Shown: positions 49,724-61,535 of the stretch, piece after piece
Position numbering within the stretch: position 1 is the stretch's first letter
Layout: each line of letters opens with the position of its first letter
Assembly: GCA_030704615.1 (NCBI GenBank)
Contig: CM060732.1
Location: 2,790,001 to 2,854,000, forward strand
Length of the DNA stretch: 64,000 nucleotides
DNA from: Takakia lepidozioides
Taxonomy: Eukaryota; Plantae; Bryophyta
Reading direction: 5' to 3'
Notes under the pieces: generated by a model
The model's database searches: none
Seen by the model: the letters and a program-made list of their open reading frames with translations, nothing else
Told to the model about the DNA's origin: nothing
Made by a program: the position numbers and the translations under genes

Positions 49724-52700
49724 CTACTTTCCTACACCCTCCGAGGAACTTGCCCCACCTTCTTCCTCATCCCCCTCATCCCCCTCATCCTCCGAGCTCT
49801 GTGATGCATCAGTTCCACTATGCCTCTCAAAAATCCCGTCCTCTCCTTGGGGGACTGTCCACCTCACCTCCTGGGAATCTTCTGCGTCTTCTCCCCCACT
49901 TTCCTCAGCAGAATCCAAGACAAATCTACAAGCCCGACGGGCTCTAATAGCTGCTGCCTCCTCCCTCATCTTCATTTTCTTGAGGCTTGCCTCGTCTAAA
50001 ATCTGCTGTACACGACTACGTTTGGAACACCTCCTAATGGACACCGAAGCAAGACGGGCAGCATAAGTAGGAAGGAAGTACTCCCTTTCTGGACTAGGCA
50101 TGAAATCCCCCCTGGCAAAAAAAGGCACGTTCCTCCTGCCCATGTACTCCGGTGTAGACGTCCCTCCGCAGTACTTGGCATCCTACAGTAAGAACAAATC
50201 CACTTCAAGAATGTCAATACCAGCACAACCAGAAAGGGTTTTCAATGAAATAAGTGATCGGAGGGAGGTGCCTCACAAAATCTGGAGGCAACTTACAATG
50301 CCACCACTCACTCGTAAACCGGGGGCTCCTCGGCCTCGATCCCAACTTCCTCCCCCTGCTCCTTCTCGGATTTTTCCTCATCCTCCGAGGATGCCTCTTC
50401 CTCTTTCGGCAGACGTTCAGCCGCTGCAAGTTCCGAGTTGTGGAGGGCAGTATCTGGCTCGAAGGCGAACACATGCCTGTCGGACAACGTCCCTGCCCAC
50501 ATTGAAGCACCTGAGGAACAAAGCGGGCGGTTAATAGCTTGCGGCATGCAATTGCAATCGGGCCAGGGGACAAACTGAGCACGTGAAGGCTTACCCGTGC
50601 CGCATGTGAGGTCCAAAATCCGCCCTTGGACATCCGAGCACGTCTCCATGAGGGTTTGGATGAAAGCAGGGCTCCGGGTCCGGCTGTACCGCCACGGTTT
50701 GCCTGTCTTTGTGTCCTTCGGCATACTGGAGTGGGGCACATAGTTGTAGAGGACATCGTAGGTTACAGGGTCCACAGCGGCATCAACAAGACGACCGTCA
50801 TTGCGGAATTTGAACGTAGACCCTCTCTTCACAAAGCAATATGCCTCAAACACCAATGTCTGCACATCCAAAAAGAAGGGATCAACTCCAGGGTCTACTT
50901 AACATACACCACAATATGAAGTGAATGCAATAGATTGATAACTTACACTTTGGCCCTCTGTTCGCAACCCCTGTGTACTGATGCAGAACCATTTTTGAGG
51001 AGGACCGGGGTGACGCTTTTCGGTGTCCACCTGCCACCACATTCTCTGTGGTCTTCCCTCTTGTGGCAAGGACAACCACACATCCACCGTCATCCAGAAG
51101 CATCCCCGCCAGCCCAAACCCGGCTTTCCAGTAGTCCTCAGTAAACCTGTTCCAGGTGGGCACACCATCCAGGCCCTCCAGCAGCTCCCCATCTGGAATG
51201 TTGAGGAGAATCATGTCACAAGCTCTCTCCACCTCAACCCCCCCCCCCCCCCCCCCCCCCGAGTGCTCTTGCAATTCGTGCTCACAGCCGTGAAGAATTC
51301 CATCATGGCTTCAAAACCAGGGGTGTCTTTAGGCTCTGTACCGGCAGCCCTCTTCTTGGCTTTCCCCTTCTGCTCCGCCAGAGACTTGCTGTGTGCCACC
51401 TTCTTCGCCTTGGCAGCGAGAGCGTCAAGGAAGCTCTCATTGACGCATTGGATGATGGTTGGAGGTTCTAGCTTTGGCCTGTGCGTAAACGTCACCGCCG
51501 AATACCGCCGTGTAGGCTCGCCCTCAAATGCCAACTTCTTGGCAGACCCAGGTCCCACTCCAAACTGACTTGGGAACCCAGACGACCGGTGACTGGGTAG
51601 GAGCAACAGCAGTGGTAGGACCTTGAACAAAGTCGTCGTCCGAGTCACTCTCTTGGGTCCCCTCCTGCGCCTGCTCCGATGCCCGGATGGTTTTCTTCTT
51701 TTTGGGTGTTACTGCACTCACCTGTTTCCTTGTCCTTTTCCTTTGGCCTTTACTCTTCTCTGCAATTTCTCCTGAATTCCTGCCTGAGCAAGCTCTGCCG
51801 CTTTCCTGGAGTTCGCAAGCGCTTTTGCCTCTTTTGCACCCAACGGAGGCAGCGGAGCCCGGTTTCGTCGGAATTCAGCATCCAGCTTCAATTGAAACTC
51901 GGATGGGTCGAGCGAGCCGGGCGGAAGGTCCACATACCAAGGGCAATCACGCAAATGTTCCAGATGCCACTCCTTCACAATATCGTCAGTGTACATGGAG
52001 TCAGCCCTAGGGTTCCTCCATGCCAGAAAGAACGGTGGCTCGAAAGACAGATGACCTTTCTCCAAAAGGGAGAACTTGCAGTACCTGCATTCATGAAAAA
52101 CACAATGAGGTCCCTGAAATGCATATTCGGCACCATTTTCCCAGGTTGGGGCGGATGTGAGTGGGTCTAGAAATGGAAAAATGGCGCCGAATTTCGGTTT
52201 TCGGTGACTGCCACCCTAGGGACTTAGCCATCTTGGGAGCCCTGAACTGGAAATTCGGCGCCATTTTTCCCGGTTTGGCCCGAAGATGGCTAAGTCCCAG
52301 AACGGCAACAGGGCCTAGAACTGGAAAATGGCGCCGGATTTCCAGTTCAGGGCCAGCCACCCTAGGGACTTAGCCCGAAAATGGCTAAGTCCCTGAACGG
52401 CAACAGGGCCTAGAACTGGAAAATGGCGCCGAATTTCCAGTTCAGGGCCAGCCACCCTAGGGACTTAGCCCGAAAATGGCTAAGTCCCTGAACGGCAATA
52501 GGGCCTGGAACTGGAAAATGGCGCCGAATTTCCACTTCGGGGCCAGCCACCCTAGGGACTTAGCCCGAAAATGGCTAAGTCCCTGAACGGCAATAGGGCC
52601 TGGAACTGGAAAATGGCGCCGAATTTCCAGTTGAGGGCCAGCCAGTCTAGGGACTTAGCCCGAAAATGGCTAAGTCCCTGAACGGCAATAGGGCCTACAA

Positions 52701-55333
52701 CTGGAAAATGGCGCCGAATTTCCAGTTCAGGGCCAAGCCAGTCTAGGGACTTAGCCATTTTCGGAGCCCTGACTGGAAATTCGGCGCCATTTTCCCTAAC
52801 ACCACATGAGGCTTCTAACATCCTGAAATGCAAGGACTTGAAAGAAAGGCAGTGCGTATGTACCTGTACAGAAGGCGCATTGCTGCTTTGTCCGCGTTCG
52901 GCTGGTCGGTGAACTCGTGGCTCCAGCGAGCATCTGCTATCTCCCGAAAGAATAGGTTGGTTTTGTAGAGCAGAAAGTACCTCGTCACATAGTCACGTAG
53001 GCTCTCTGCTGCAGGAGATATCTCCATCTTGAACTGATGTGCTTGTGTGTCCAGCTGCTCTTGCGCATTCGTCGTCACCTGTGGAGATTCTCCATCAGAT
53101 CGCTTTCCTGAAAAAATACAATGAATCCACCCCCTACTAGAGTAGAAGCCCCAAACGAAGCGTGGGGAAGTACCTGAAACCACCATGTCATGCAGTTCAT
53201 CCACATGTCGAATGTGGGGTCAGAGAGTTTGTCCGGTTTGGGGAAGCTCCACATGTCCCTGGTACTTTGGGAACCATTCCAGATTTGGAGCCACCGGGTC
53301 TGTCCAACCACCCAGCATATTCGTAAGTGCCAAACACCACAAAAAGGAGTTGTTGCCACCACAATTTGGTTAAGAATGTATCACCTTTTCTGTTGCATCC
53401 ACACAGGATGTGGCTAGACGATGGAGCTTCTATCATCGTGGGCTTCAAAGCGCGAGAGTAGTGCTTCCCCACCTCCACCAGAAAGTCGGCACCAAGGGCG
53501 GGATCAGCTATGGCCACGTACTTTACCATCCGCGACTTGTACTTTATGCGGGCCCTCACCTCCGCAGCTTTGACATACGATTCGAGTTCCGAGAGGGTTG
53601 GATTCTTCTCCTCTGACTCCGTGTAGAACCTCCGCGCATGTGCCAAATCCTGCTGTATTTTTGTCTGTCAAGAATGCGCACATAAGATTAGAGATCCTAC
53701 TCAACACAATTTCTTCTATTGGGGGAGGAGAGACAGATTAGCTCAACAAAACTGTCAGGAGCTTTACCCGAAATATGTAGTCCACCATGGCGTCGACGCT
53801 CAGCCTATACCAGGTTCTGTCTGCCTTTGCCTCTGACTTGCGCAGGAGGTCGGCACTGAGGGAATTGGCAAACTCTTGCACCCCCTGCTTCCCGACATCC
53901 TTCACTCGAAAGAGCATATGGGACAAGTTGGTGGCAATGAAGGCATTCTCAGTCACCCTGCAGTGCCCATTTCCATCAAACAATACTGAAATGGGAATTT
54001 TCATCATATATGAGGATTCGCAATGAAATGACTTCCAAATTCAAAGTCCAAAAGCGAGAGGCGTTGTAGCTTACGAGTTGATGTCGGCCATTGCAGCTTT
54101 GAGAAGACTGCGATGGTTGGGCCCCGCAACCTTCAGCACAACACAATCCACGGCGAAATGCCAATCGAGGTCGTTGGGGTGGGCTTGGGCAATGTGCTCC
54201 ATCCATGCCAGGAGGCGATGATTGCCGTCCCACACGTAGAACATCTTACCGGACAAGTGCTGGAAAAGAGGATCACTAGCAATCGATCTCTCGAACTCCT
54301 CATTTCGCGTTTGCCAATGGGGACCCCATTTGTCCACCTCATCGGAAGTGTGGGCACGGGAAGCTCCGTGATCGTTCTCAATGGAAACGTAAAACGCGGC
54401 AGACCCCATTCGATATCCATCCCGGAAAGAGAATTTCAGCTTGTCGATATCGCCTGGGAGGGCAGGTCCCACCACCTGCAATGACACCAAGCGGCAAAGG
54501 GGAATTCGAAGCTTGGCCGGGTACACCATGCCCCCCAGCACCCTGCCAATGTTGCTGTGGGTTGCCTCCAACATCTTGGCAGCGGCCAACTTCATATCCG
54601 CCTCGGACATGACGTCTGCTGCAGAGGGGTTTTCCGGCAGCCCACCAGGACCGCCAAATCCAGCCTGTATGCTCCGGGTTTGGGGCCTGGGGATGTCCGG
54701 GAGGATGTCATCCTGGTCAGAAAGCTCCCTGTCATCCTCCTCAACAGGGTCAGCCACCTGCGAAACCACCTCCAGCACTCTCCCCGTCTCTACTGCCCTC
54801 TCCCTGGCTTCACCTTGAACTTGCACAATCCGTGCTCTTTCTGGTGTTCTTTCCTCTCCTCCACTCTCCACCGTATAGGTAATTGCAGGGGCTGCTCTTG
54901 CCCGCGATGGTCTAACCGGCGTGTTACTGCCTCTCTGTGGTGTCTTGGAGGGATCCACCGTCTCTGTGCGTCCCTCGCTTACATTGGCATCTGTCATTTG
55001 GGCACCCCTGGCCTCTTCAGTGGCCTTTTCTCTTTCCTCCTGGCTAGCATTCTGTCTCGTCTGTTCTTTTGCCCTCTCACGGGCTTTCTGTTTCTTACTA
55101 GGGCTAGCAGCAGGGGAGCCCTCCAGGACGACCACCTTTGATTGAGGCGAACTGACACCCTCGCGCGCACTGCTCACTCCCCCCTCCGCAGCCCGTGACG
55201 GCTCTCTCGCCGGGGATTGCATGTGCTTAGCTTTCTTCTTTTTCTTTGCGTGGGCGGGCCCTACTGCATGTGCATGAACAACCTCCATTGCCGGATGTGC
55301 TGTCCTCATGTCCTCACGCCCTTCACCTGCCAT
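49724..55333 (-). CDS. Multi-exon gene: ParB/Srx-like domain plus beta-class N4C/N6A DNA methyltransferase-like domain (frameshifted in this copy)
   Basis: Exon 55333-54075 contains MFYVWDGNHRLLAW. Further exons: 53957-53768, about 53660-52864 and 52084-50947 (internal structure of these two uncertain; the latter contains CDMILLNIPDG), 50859-50595 (SPAFIQTLMETCSDVQGRILDLTCGTG), 50510-50312 (ASMWAGTLSDRHVFAFEPD), and a last exon ending at 49724. The GT-AG junctions checked have compatible phases. Confidence 0.75.
52170..52795. repeat. 95-bp tandem repeat (about 5-6 copies) with two hairpins per unit, intronic
   Basis: (C/T)CTAGGGACTTAGCC recurs at 52361, 52456, 52551, 52646 and 52742. Confidence 0.92.
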
Positions 55334-56239
55334 GCCGCCTGTACCAACCTCCCCAATGCCTATTCTGTCGTACTCTCATTGCAAGTCCTCTCGTCCACCA
55401 ACAAAAGGTTTAAGTCTGCCCTCTCGCCCCAAGTTGGGCGATTCAAACATGCGATGAGTTGGAGCTGTCGATGATACCACCAGCGTGCCGGGCTCGTCGT
55501 CACTCTGTCATTCCCAAAAATCGTGAAAACCAACATCGGTGCAAAAACCAGTATCGCAACGAGCAGCGCAACCACCATAGCAACAATCGTGTAACAAAAA
55601 TGAAAACATAACAAGTTTAGGAAGTATGGAGAGCCATGCAACAACGATGAAAACAAATGCAACCATTGCCTGAGAATGACATGCACAAGCAGCCTTCTCC
55701 AGAGTTGCCGGATTTGCACACGCATTGCAAACAATCTAAGGTTCACTCAACTATCTAAAGTTCACTCATCCAGCGAAGCCAGGATGAAGATGCAAAAACA
55801 AAGCGAGGCAACAAAGCGAAAGCAAAAAAGAAATCGAACAAAGCGAAAGCAGAAGTGGCTTGCCTGAGAGTACTCGGCTTCAGTTGGCGCGGGTTGTGAG
55901 CAAGACACTGGAATCTCCTGCTGGAGCTTCAGTTTGGCCATGCGAGAGATTGGCCGTCGTCCGTAGTACAGAGCTTTCAACTTCCGCCGCGGTCTGGATG
56001 TGAGGTCTCTCTCAGGAGAGCCACGCCCTTCAGGCGGCATAAGTCCCAGCCAAAATGGAAAAAGATCTCCGTTTTTGGGGTACATGCCTTGAATAGCATG
56101 TTAAGCCAAGATTAGCATCAGATTTAGGGTACGTATCCAGGAAGCCATGTGTCGCCAGCCCGAATGAAAACGGATGGCGGTGGACATTTATTGCCCAACT
56201 GCGCAATTAAATGTCGGATGAAGCCCTCCATGTCGGATG

Positions 56240-56770
56240 AAAATCGACGGAACTCGGCTCGGAATTTCCAACGTAGAGGTAATTCGGAGCGCTGCAGGAT
56301 GGAAATCCGGCGCCGGATTTCCATCCTGCAGGTAATTCGGAGCGCAGCAGGATGGAAATTCAGCGCCGAATTTCCATCCTGCAAGGTAGGGCGGCGCGCG
56401 AAATTTCCCTCACGCAGGTAATTCGGAAGCGGATGGATGCAAATCCGGCGCCAGATTTCCATCCGCGAAGGTAGGGCAGCGTGCCAAATTTACCTGACAC
56501 AGGTAATTCCGAAGCGGATGGATGGAAATCCGGCGCCGAATTTCCATCCAGCAGGTAAGTAGCGTACGGATGGATGGAAATTCGGCGCCGGATGTCCATC
56601 CATCCGGGAGTCGAATTACCTGCAGGATGGAAATCCGGCGCCGAATTTCCATCCAGCAGGTAAGTGGAATCGCTGGCGTATGGATATTCAGCGCCGAATT
56701 TCCATTCACCAGGAATTTCAAAGCGCTGAAATACCTTCCTGCAGGTAATTCTGAGCGCAGGTAATTCGCG
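56240..56770. repeat. Array of palindromic repeats GGATGGAAAT(C/T)CGGCGCCG(A/G)ATTTCCATCC
   Basis: About 7 copies, including a perfect 40-bp palindrome at 56292-56331. Confidence 0.9.
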
Positions 56771-57091
56771 ACTTTCTGACTGCATACCGTTGGCAGTTAT
56801 TGCGCAAAGACCAGGGGCCGCATTCCGGAGACAAGGTTCATTAACACTCTGACTGTGGATTTTTGAGATAGTTGGCTCCGTGGATTTGGATCAGGCTTCG
56901 TCGCTCGGACAAATCGGCACCGCATTCCTTCCCATCGCTGCATCCCCCTTCTACCAGGGAGCTTCCCCGCACGCCATCCTGGCAGTCTTGTGTGCACATC
57001 TCCCATGGCGGAAAACCCGAGCGCTACAGTGTACTGCCCTCCTCACGAGCATAGAGCTTCATTTCCGTGCAGAGGGGACATCTGCCGGGTG

Positions 57092-57690
57092 ATGGAGAAA
57101 TATTTGTGCGTTCGATACCACCTGAAACCGGGGTCGGTTTTTTTAGAGGAGGAAATGAAGGACTCAAACGGCGTTGTTGTTGAGAGTATGTTGTGCTCCA
57201 CGATGATTTCGGCGATGGCAGGGAATGGCGAGTTCCACCATCGGACAGCGTCATATACAGGGCTGTTGGGGACTTCATTTGCCCGCCAAATGCACCTTCT
57301 ATCCTGGCGCCTTCCACGAAACAATCCGCGAATCAGAGAGTGGCTACCTCAAAGAGAGAAGTCCGCAACGAAGTAAATCCAGAGCCGAATCCATCCATGA
57401 AGACGAGTGAGAACCGGGTTGTTCACAACCTGTCCGACTCAGATGAGGTCATGGAAGTTCCAAGGTCGTCCTGGAGATCAGGCAAGTCCTCAATGGACGT
57501 CAGTGCACGAGGGAGTCATATTCCCAGCACGAGCACCGCAGTTCGATCTATTCTTGAAATTCTGCGAGGGCTCCACACTGCATGTCTGTTTGTCATGCCA
57601 AGCAGTTCTACGTGTTGCACCCTTTCCCTGACCTCACCCGAGCTTGCATACACGTTGGTTCCCATTGTCACAAATTGGCAAGGGGGAACA
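57092..57690 (+). pseudogene. Divergent, probably internally deleted ORF, possibly a transposase remnant
   Basis: Broken ORFs ending in a Cys/His motif CHAKQFYVLHPFPDLTRACIHVGSHCH (metal-binding-like). No catalytic motif seen. Confidence 0.35.
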
Positions 57691-59029
57691 AAAATGGCGC
57701 CGAATTACCTGTCATGAGGGGACCTATAGCCGCGGAATTCGACACCATTTTTCGCCAGAGAGACCTATTACCGCGAAATACGTCGTCGTTTTTTCAGGTT
57801 ACGGACCCTATTACCGCGAAATTCGGCGCCATATTTGCACATGTCGCTGGGAATTGGCATGAGCGGAAGACGAAATATCATGAGCACAACTGTCAAAACT
57901 ACAATTTTCCCTTCAAGGGGCCGAATAATATATTTGTTTTTCCTGACACATTGCATTAAATTAATGTTTTTTATTGTTTTTTATTTTCGAAATTTGTACT
58001 TCTGCTCATGAAAACCGATTGTCTTACTACTCCGCTCATGCCGCTCATGCTCATGAAATAGCTAACCTCATACAGATGCCCCAGAAATCAACTGGCGCCA
58101 TTAGAAAATGCGCATTCCCAAATCTAAAGTTCATATTGACTTCGGCGGAGTTTAAATCTTCTCTTCTCTCTACTCTACTCTCATTGTCCTGGCACTGAGT
58201 AGATCTTCCCTTTGTTCATGCTCAGATTGATTCGATCTCTCTTTTCCCCCCTGCCTTGGTTCTAGGGGGGTTGGTAGAACGTGAGTACACCGGTGAGCAC
58301 AACCCCACAGTCATGGGGGTTTTATGTTTTTAAACCGCGGTCATAGGAGTTATATGTTTTCAAAACGGAATAAAACCCCAAAACCCTAATGCGAAATAGG
58401 TACCCATAACATATATCTACAAGCTCCAAGTTCCACATATCTATAGCTTTGGTATCCTACAAATGAATAACACATTAGGGAAAAACAAAGTCACAATAAC
58501 CAACACCATCCAAAACATACAAATACCAAACAATAGTTGAACAATTTAATATAATGAGGCAAACAACGGGTTTCGTTAACGAAGGTATCGGGTTTCGCTA
58601 GCAAAATAATGGATTTCGCAACGAAATATTGGATTTCACCAGCGAAATTTCCAAGTACCGCTGCGTAGGTCATTATCCTACGATTTCGTGGGCGAAACAA
58701 AATGTATTGTGTTTGGTTTTGAATATAAGAGACGACGTGAAATTGTTTTATTTCGCAAACAAATTAGGGTGATAGGGTGACTAACCCATCTTCGTGTGGC
58801 TTATGCTCACCGTGAGCACAAATTGCAAATTTTAGTTCGCTATCACATCTTTTCAAGAATATTATAGGAATTTCCGGTATATCCTCTTCTGCTCACGTGC
58901 TATCCAACCTCGGTTCTGGGTGTTCCTGTGCGTAAAGCTTCACGGCCTTCTAGGAGGTTATTTTTTCCTCCTCTCTGTACTCACCGTTTTTATGAAATAA
59001 ATTTCAGGGCCACTATTTTTTGTTTTTTT

Positions 59030-59470
59030 TAAATCCAAAAAGAGGCTGCCAGAAAATTTTAAATCGAAGACCTTCCAGTGCCGAATATTATGCATATTCG
59101 ACCCCAAGAGCTTCCTTGCCAAAGTCTCGTGTATTACCATTACACTAGCCATGTACACATGCACAAATAACGTTTTTTAATTATAAGGACTAGTGTTGGG
59201 AGGTTATTATCTTTTGTAAGACCCGCTGGTTCCGGGTGTTGTCGGTGTAAGGTTGTGGACATACCCGCCAGAGATCAATACTAGTTTTATTTAAGATTTA
59301 CATACCCGGGGGTTATCAATCAAGCCTATTATTGAAATTATTACAGAACCTGCATGTGCTCTCCAATGATAATTAAATCCAAAAAAAGGCTGCCGGAAAA
59401 TTTTAAATCGAAGACCTTCTAGTACCGAAGATATGCACATTCGACCCCAAGATCTACCTTGCCAAAATCT
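59030..59470. repeat. About 100-bp direct repeat (59030-59130 and 59375-59470)
   Basis: Both copies contain AAATCCAAAAA..GGCTGCC.GAAAATTTTAAATCGAAGACCTTC...CGACCCCAAGA. Confidence 0.8.
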
Positions 59471-59480
59471 CACATATCGA

Positions 59481-61105
59481 ATCATTCAATGGGCGATCGA
59501 ATGGTTGACCATCCAAATGATTTTTGTTTGCTTTCAAATTTTGCCAGTATGTTCAACATACCATGTAACAGGTCCCGGTGTAATATGAGATGAAACGAAA
59601 TTCATTGAATGGGCGATCGAATGGTTGACCATCCAAATGATTTTTGTTTGTTTTCAAACTTTGCCAGTACGTTGAACATACCATGTAATAGGTCCCGGTC
59701 TAATATGAGATGAAACAAATTTCATTCATTGGGCAATCGAATGGTTGAGAATCCAAATGATTTTTATTTGATTTCGAACTTTGTCACTATGTTCAACATA
59801 CCATGTATTAGGTCCCGGACAAATATGAGATCAATCGAAATTCATTCAATGGCTCAACGGATGGTTGCCCATCCAAATGATTTTGGTTCGCTTTGAGACT
59901 TTCCCAATATGTTCAACGTACCATTTGACAGGTCCCAGAGTAATATGCGATCAATCGAAATTCGTTGAATGGGCCAACGGATGGTTGTCCATCCAAATGA
60001 TTTTTTGTTCGCTTTCGAACTTTGCCAGTACGTTCGCTACACCCTCCAGACTAATATGAGATCAATTGAAATTCATTCAATGGCTCAACGGATGGTTGCC
60101 CATCCAAATGATTTTGATTTGCTTTGAGACTTGGCCAGTATGTTCAATGTACCATGTAAGAGGTCCCAGAGTAATATGAGATCAATCGAAATTCGTTCAA
60201 TGGGCCAACGGATGGTTGCCCATCCAAATGGTTTTTGTTCGTTTTGAGACTTGCGCAGTATGTTCAATGTACCATCTGACAAGTCCAAGAGTAATATGAG
60301 ATCAATCAAATTTTTTTCCATAGGCCAATGAGGCGTTTACCTTTCATCCAATATTGTTCATTGCGAAAAAAAAAATCATGTCATGCGTGCACGACTATTG
60401 CACCCATTGAACAGATGTGGTTGAAGCCCACCTTTTGCCGCATGTGCTTGAATATATGTGCGACACATGTGCGGAGACACAATAGAAGAAAAAATCATTT
60501 GCCTCCCCATCGACGCACTCACCCCTCAACCAATTCGAGAATTTTAATTGAATTTAAATGAATTTCAAGCAAAAAATTAGGTTTACACAACAACGAACAT
60601 GTAGCCCAGTGGTAAGGGCATATACCATCTTACGACTGGTTGTGGGTTCAAACCACCCTGTTGGTTGTTACAAAAGGTGTCCATCTTCCTACCGGAAGGC
60701 AGTAGCCCTTCTGGGTCAAGTGACACCATAAGTTAACGCATCCATTTTTTATTTTATTTTAAAGGTTTACACTGCCTTTGATTGGGGATTTTTGCTACGC
60801 ATCGATTTTATTTTTGGCTCAATTTTGTTCTGTGGCTTCAAGCCTCCCACCGCTACATCCCTGCAAAAATTTGGACCAAACAAAGATGGAAAAAAATAAA
60901 AAATAAAAAATAAAAATAAAAACTCTTCGCTTACTATTACAAAATTCTCTGTGAAGAGTGCATGAAGTAGAACACAATCAAGTTTGGAGTGCAAAACAGG
61001 GAAGAAACTGTGGTTTTGGGTCCAAATGAATTTTGTTTACTCCCAAATTTGGCGCACGCACGTTGCAAATGTTATCATTACATATACGGTTAAAAAACGG
61101 AAAAT

Positions 61106-61143
<38 letters not shown>

Positions 61144-61535
61144 ATGTGCGAAACGCAGTCCAACAGGTCCCAGAGTAATAGCAGATGAACCGGAATTCAT
61201 TGAATGAGTCAACGGATGGTTGCCCATCCAAATGAATTTTGTTTGCTTTGAAACTTTGCCAGTATGTTTGGTACACCCTCTCACAGGTGAGATCAATCGA
61301 AATTTATTCAATGGCTCAACATATGGTTGCCCATCCAAATGATTTTGGTTCACTTTGAGACTTGGGCAGTGTGTTCAATGTACCATCCGACAGGTCCCAG
61401 AGTAATATGAGATCAATCGAAATTCGTTCAATGGGCCAACGGATGGTTGCCCATCCAATGATTTTTGTTTGCTTTGAAACTTGGGCAGTATGTTATGTGG
61501 ACCGTCTTACAGATCCCGGACTAATACGAGGTCAA
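59481..61535. repeat. 120-bp satellite, about 7 copies (59481-60330) plus about 3 copies (61160-61535)
   Basis: ATGGTTG(A/C)CCATCCAAATGATTTT recurs with 120-bp periodicity. Array is interrupted at 60330-61160. Confidence 0.92.
60595..60670 (+). other. tRNA-derived (SINE-head-like) sequence
   Basis: Pol III A box TAGCCCAGTGG (60602) and B box GGTTCAAACC (60645). No intact cloverleaf. Confidence 0.45.

Larger units (their letters stand above)
49502..58069. mobile_element. TIR-bounded putative DNA transposon carrying a ParB-like/DNA-MTase-like gene
   Basis: Left end GGGGGCTGCTATTTCATGAGCGGCATGAGCATGAGCGG. Right end reverse complement GAGGTTAGCTATTTCATGAGCATGAGCGGCATGAGCGG. A second copy starts at the same left boundary (62321) in a different flank. 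No TSD found. Confidence 0.8.

Noticed and set aside
52170-52795. CRISPR-like array of palindromic repeats
   Set aside because: The sequences between hairpins are repeated rather than unique spacers, there are no cas genes, and the context is eukaryotic.
49724-55333. Bacterial or phage contamination as the source of the ParB-MTase
   Set aside because: The gene has spliceosomal introns and occurs in two diverged copies embedded among plant TEs.
60595-60670. Functional tRNA gene
   Set aside because: The acceptor and anticodon stems do not form.
59481-61535. 5S rRNA array (120-bp period)
   Set aside because: No similarity to 5S rRNA and no spacer; this is an ordinary satellite.
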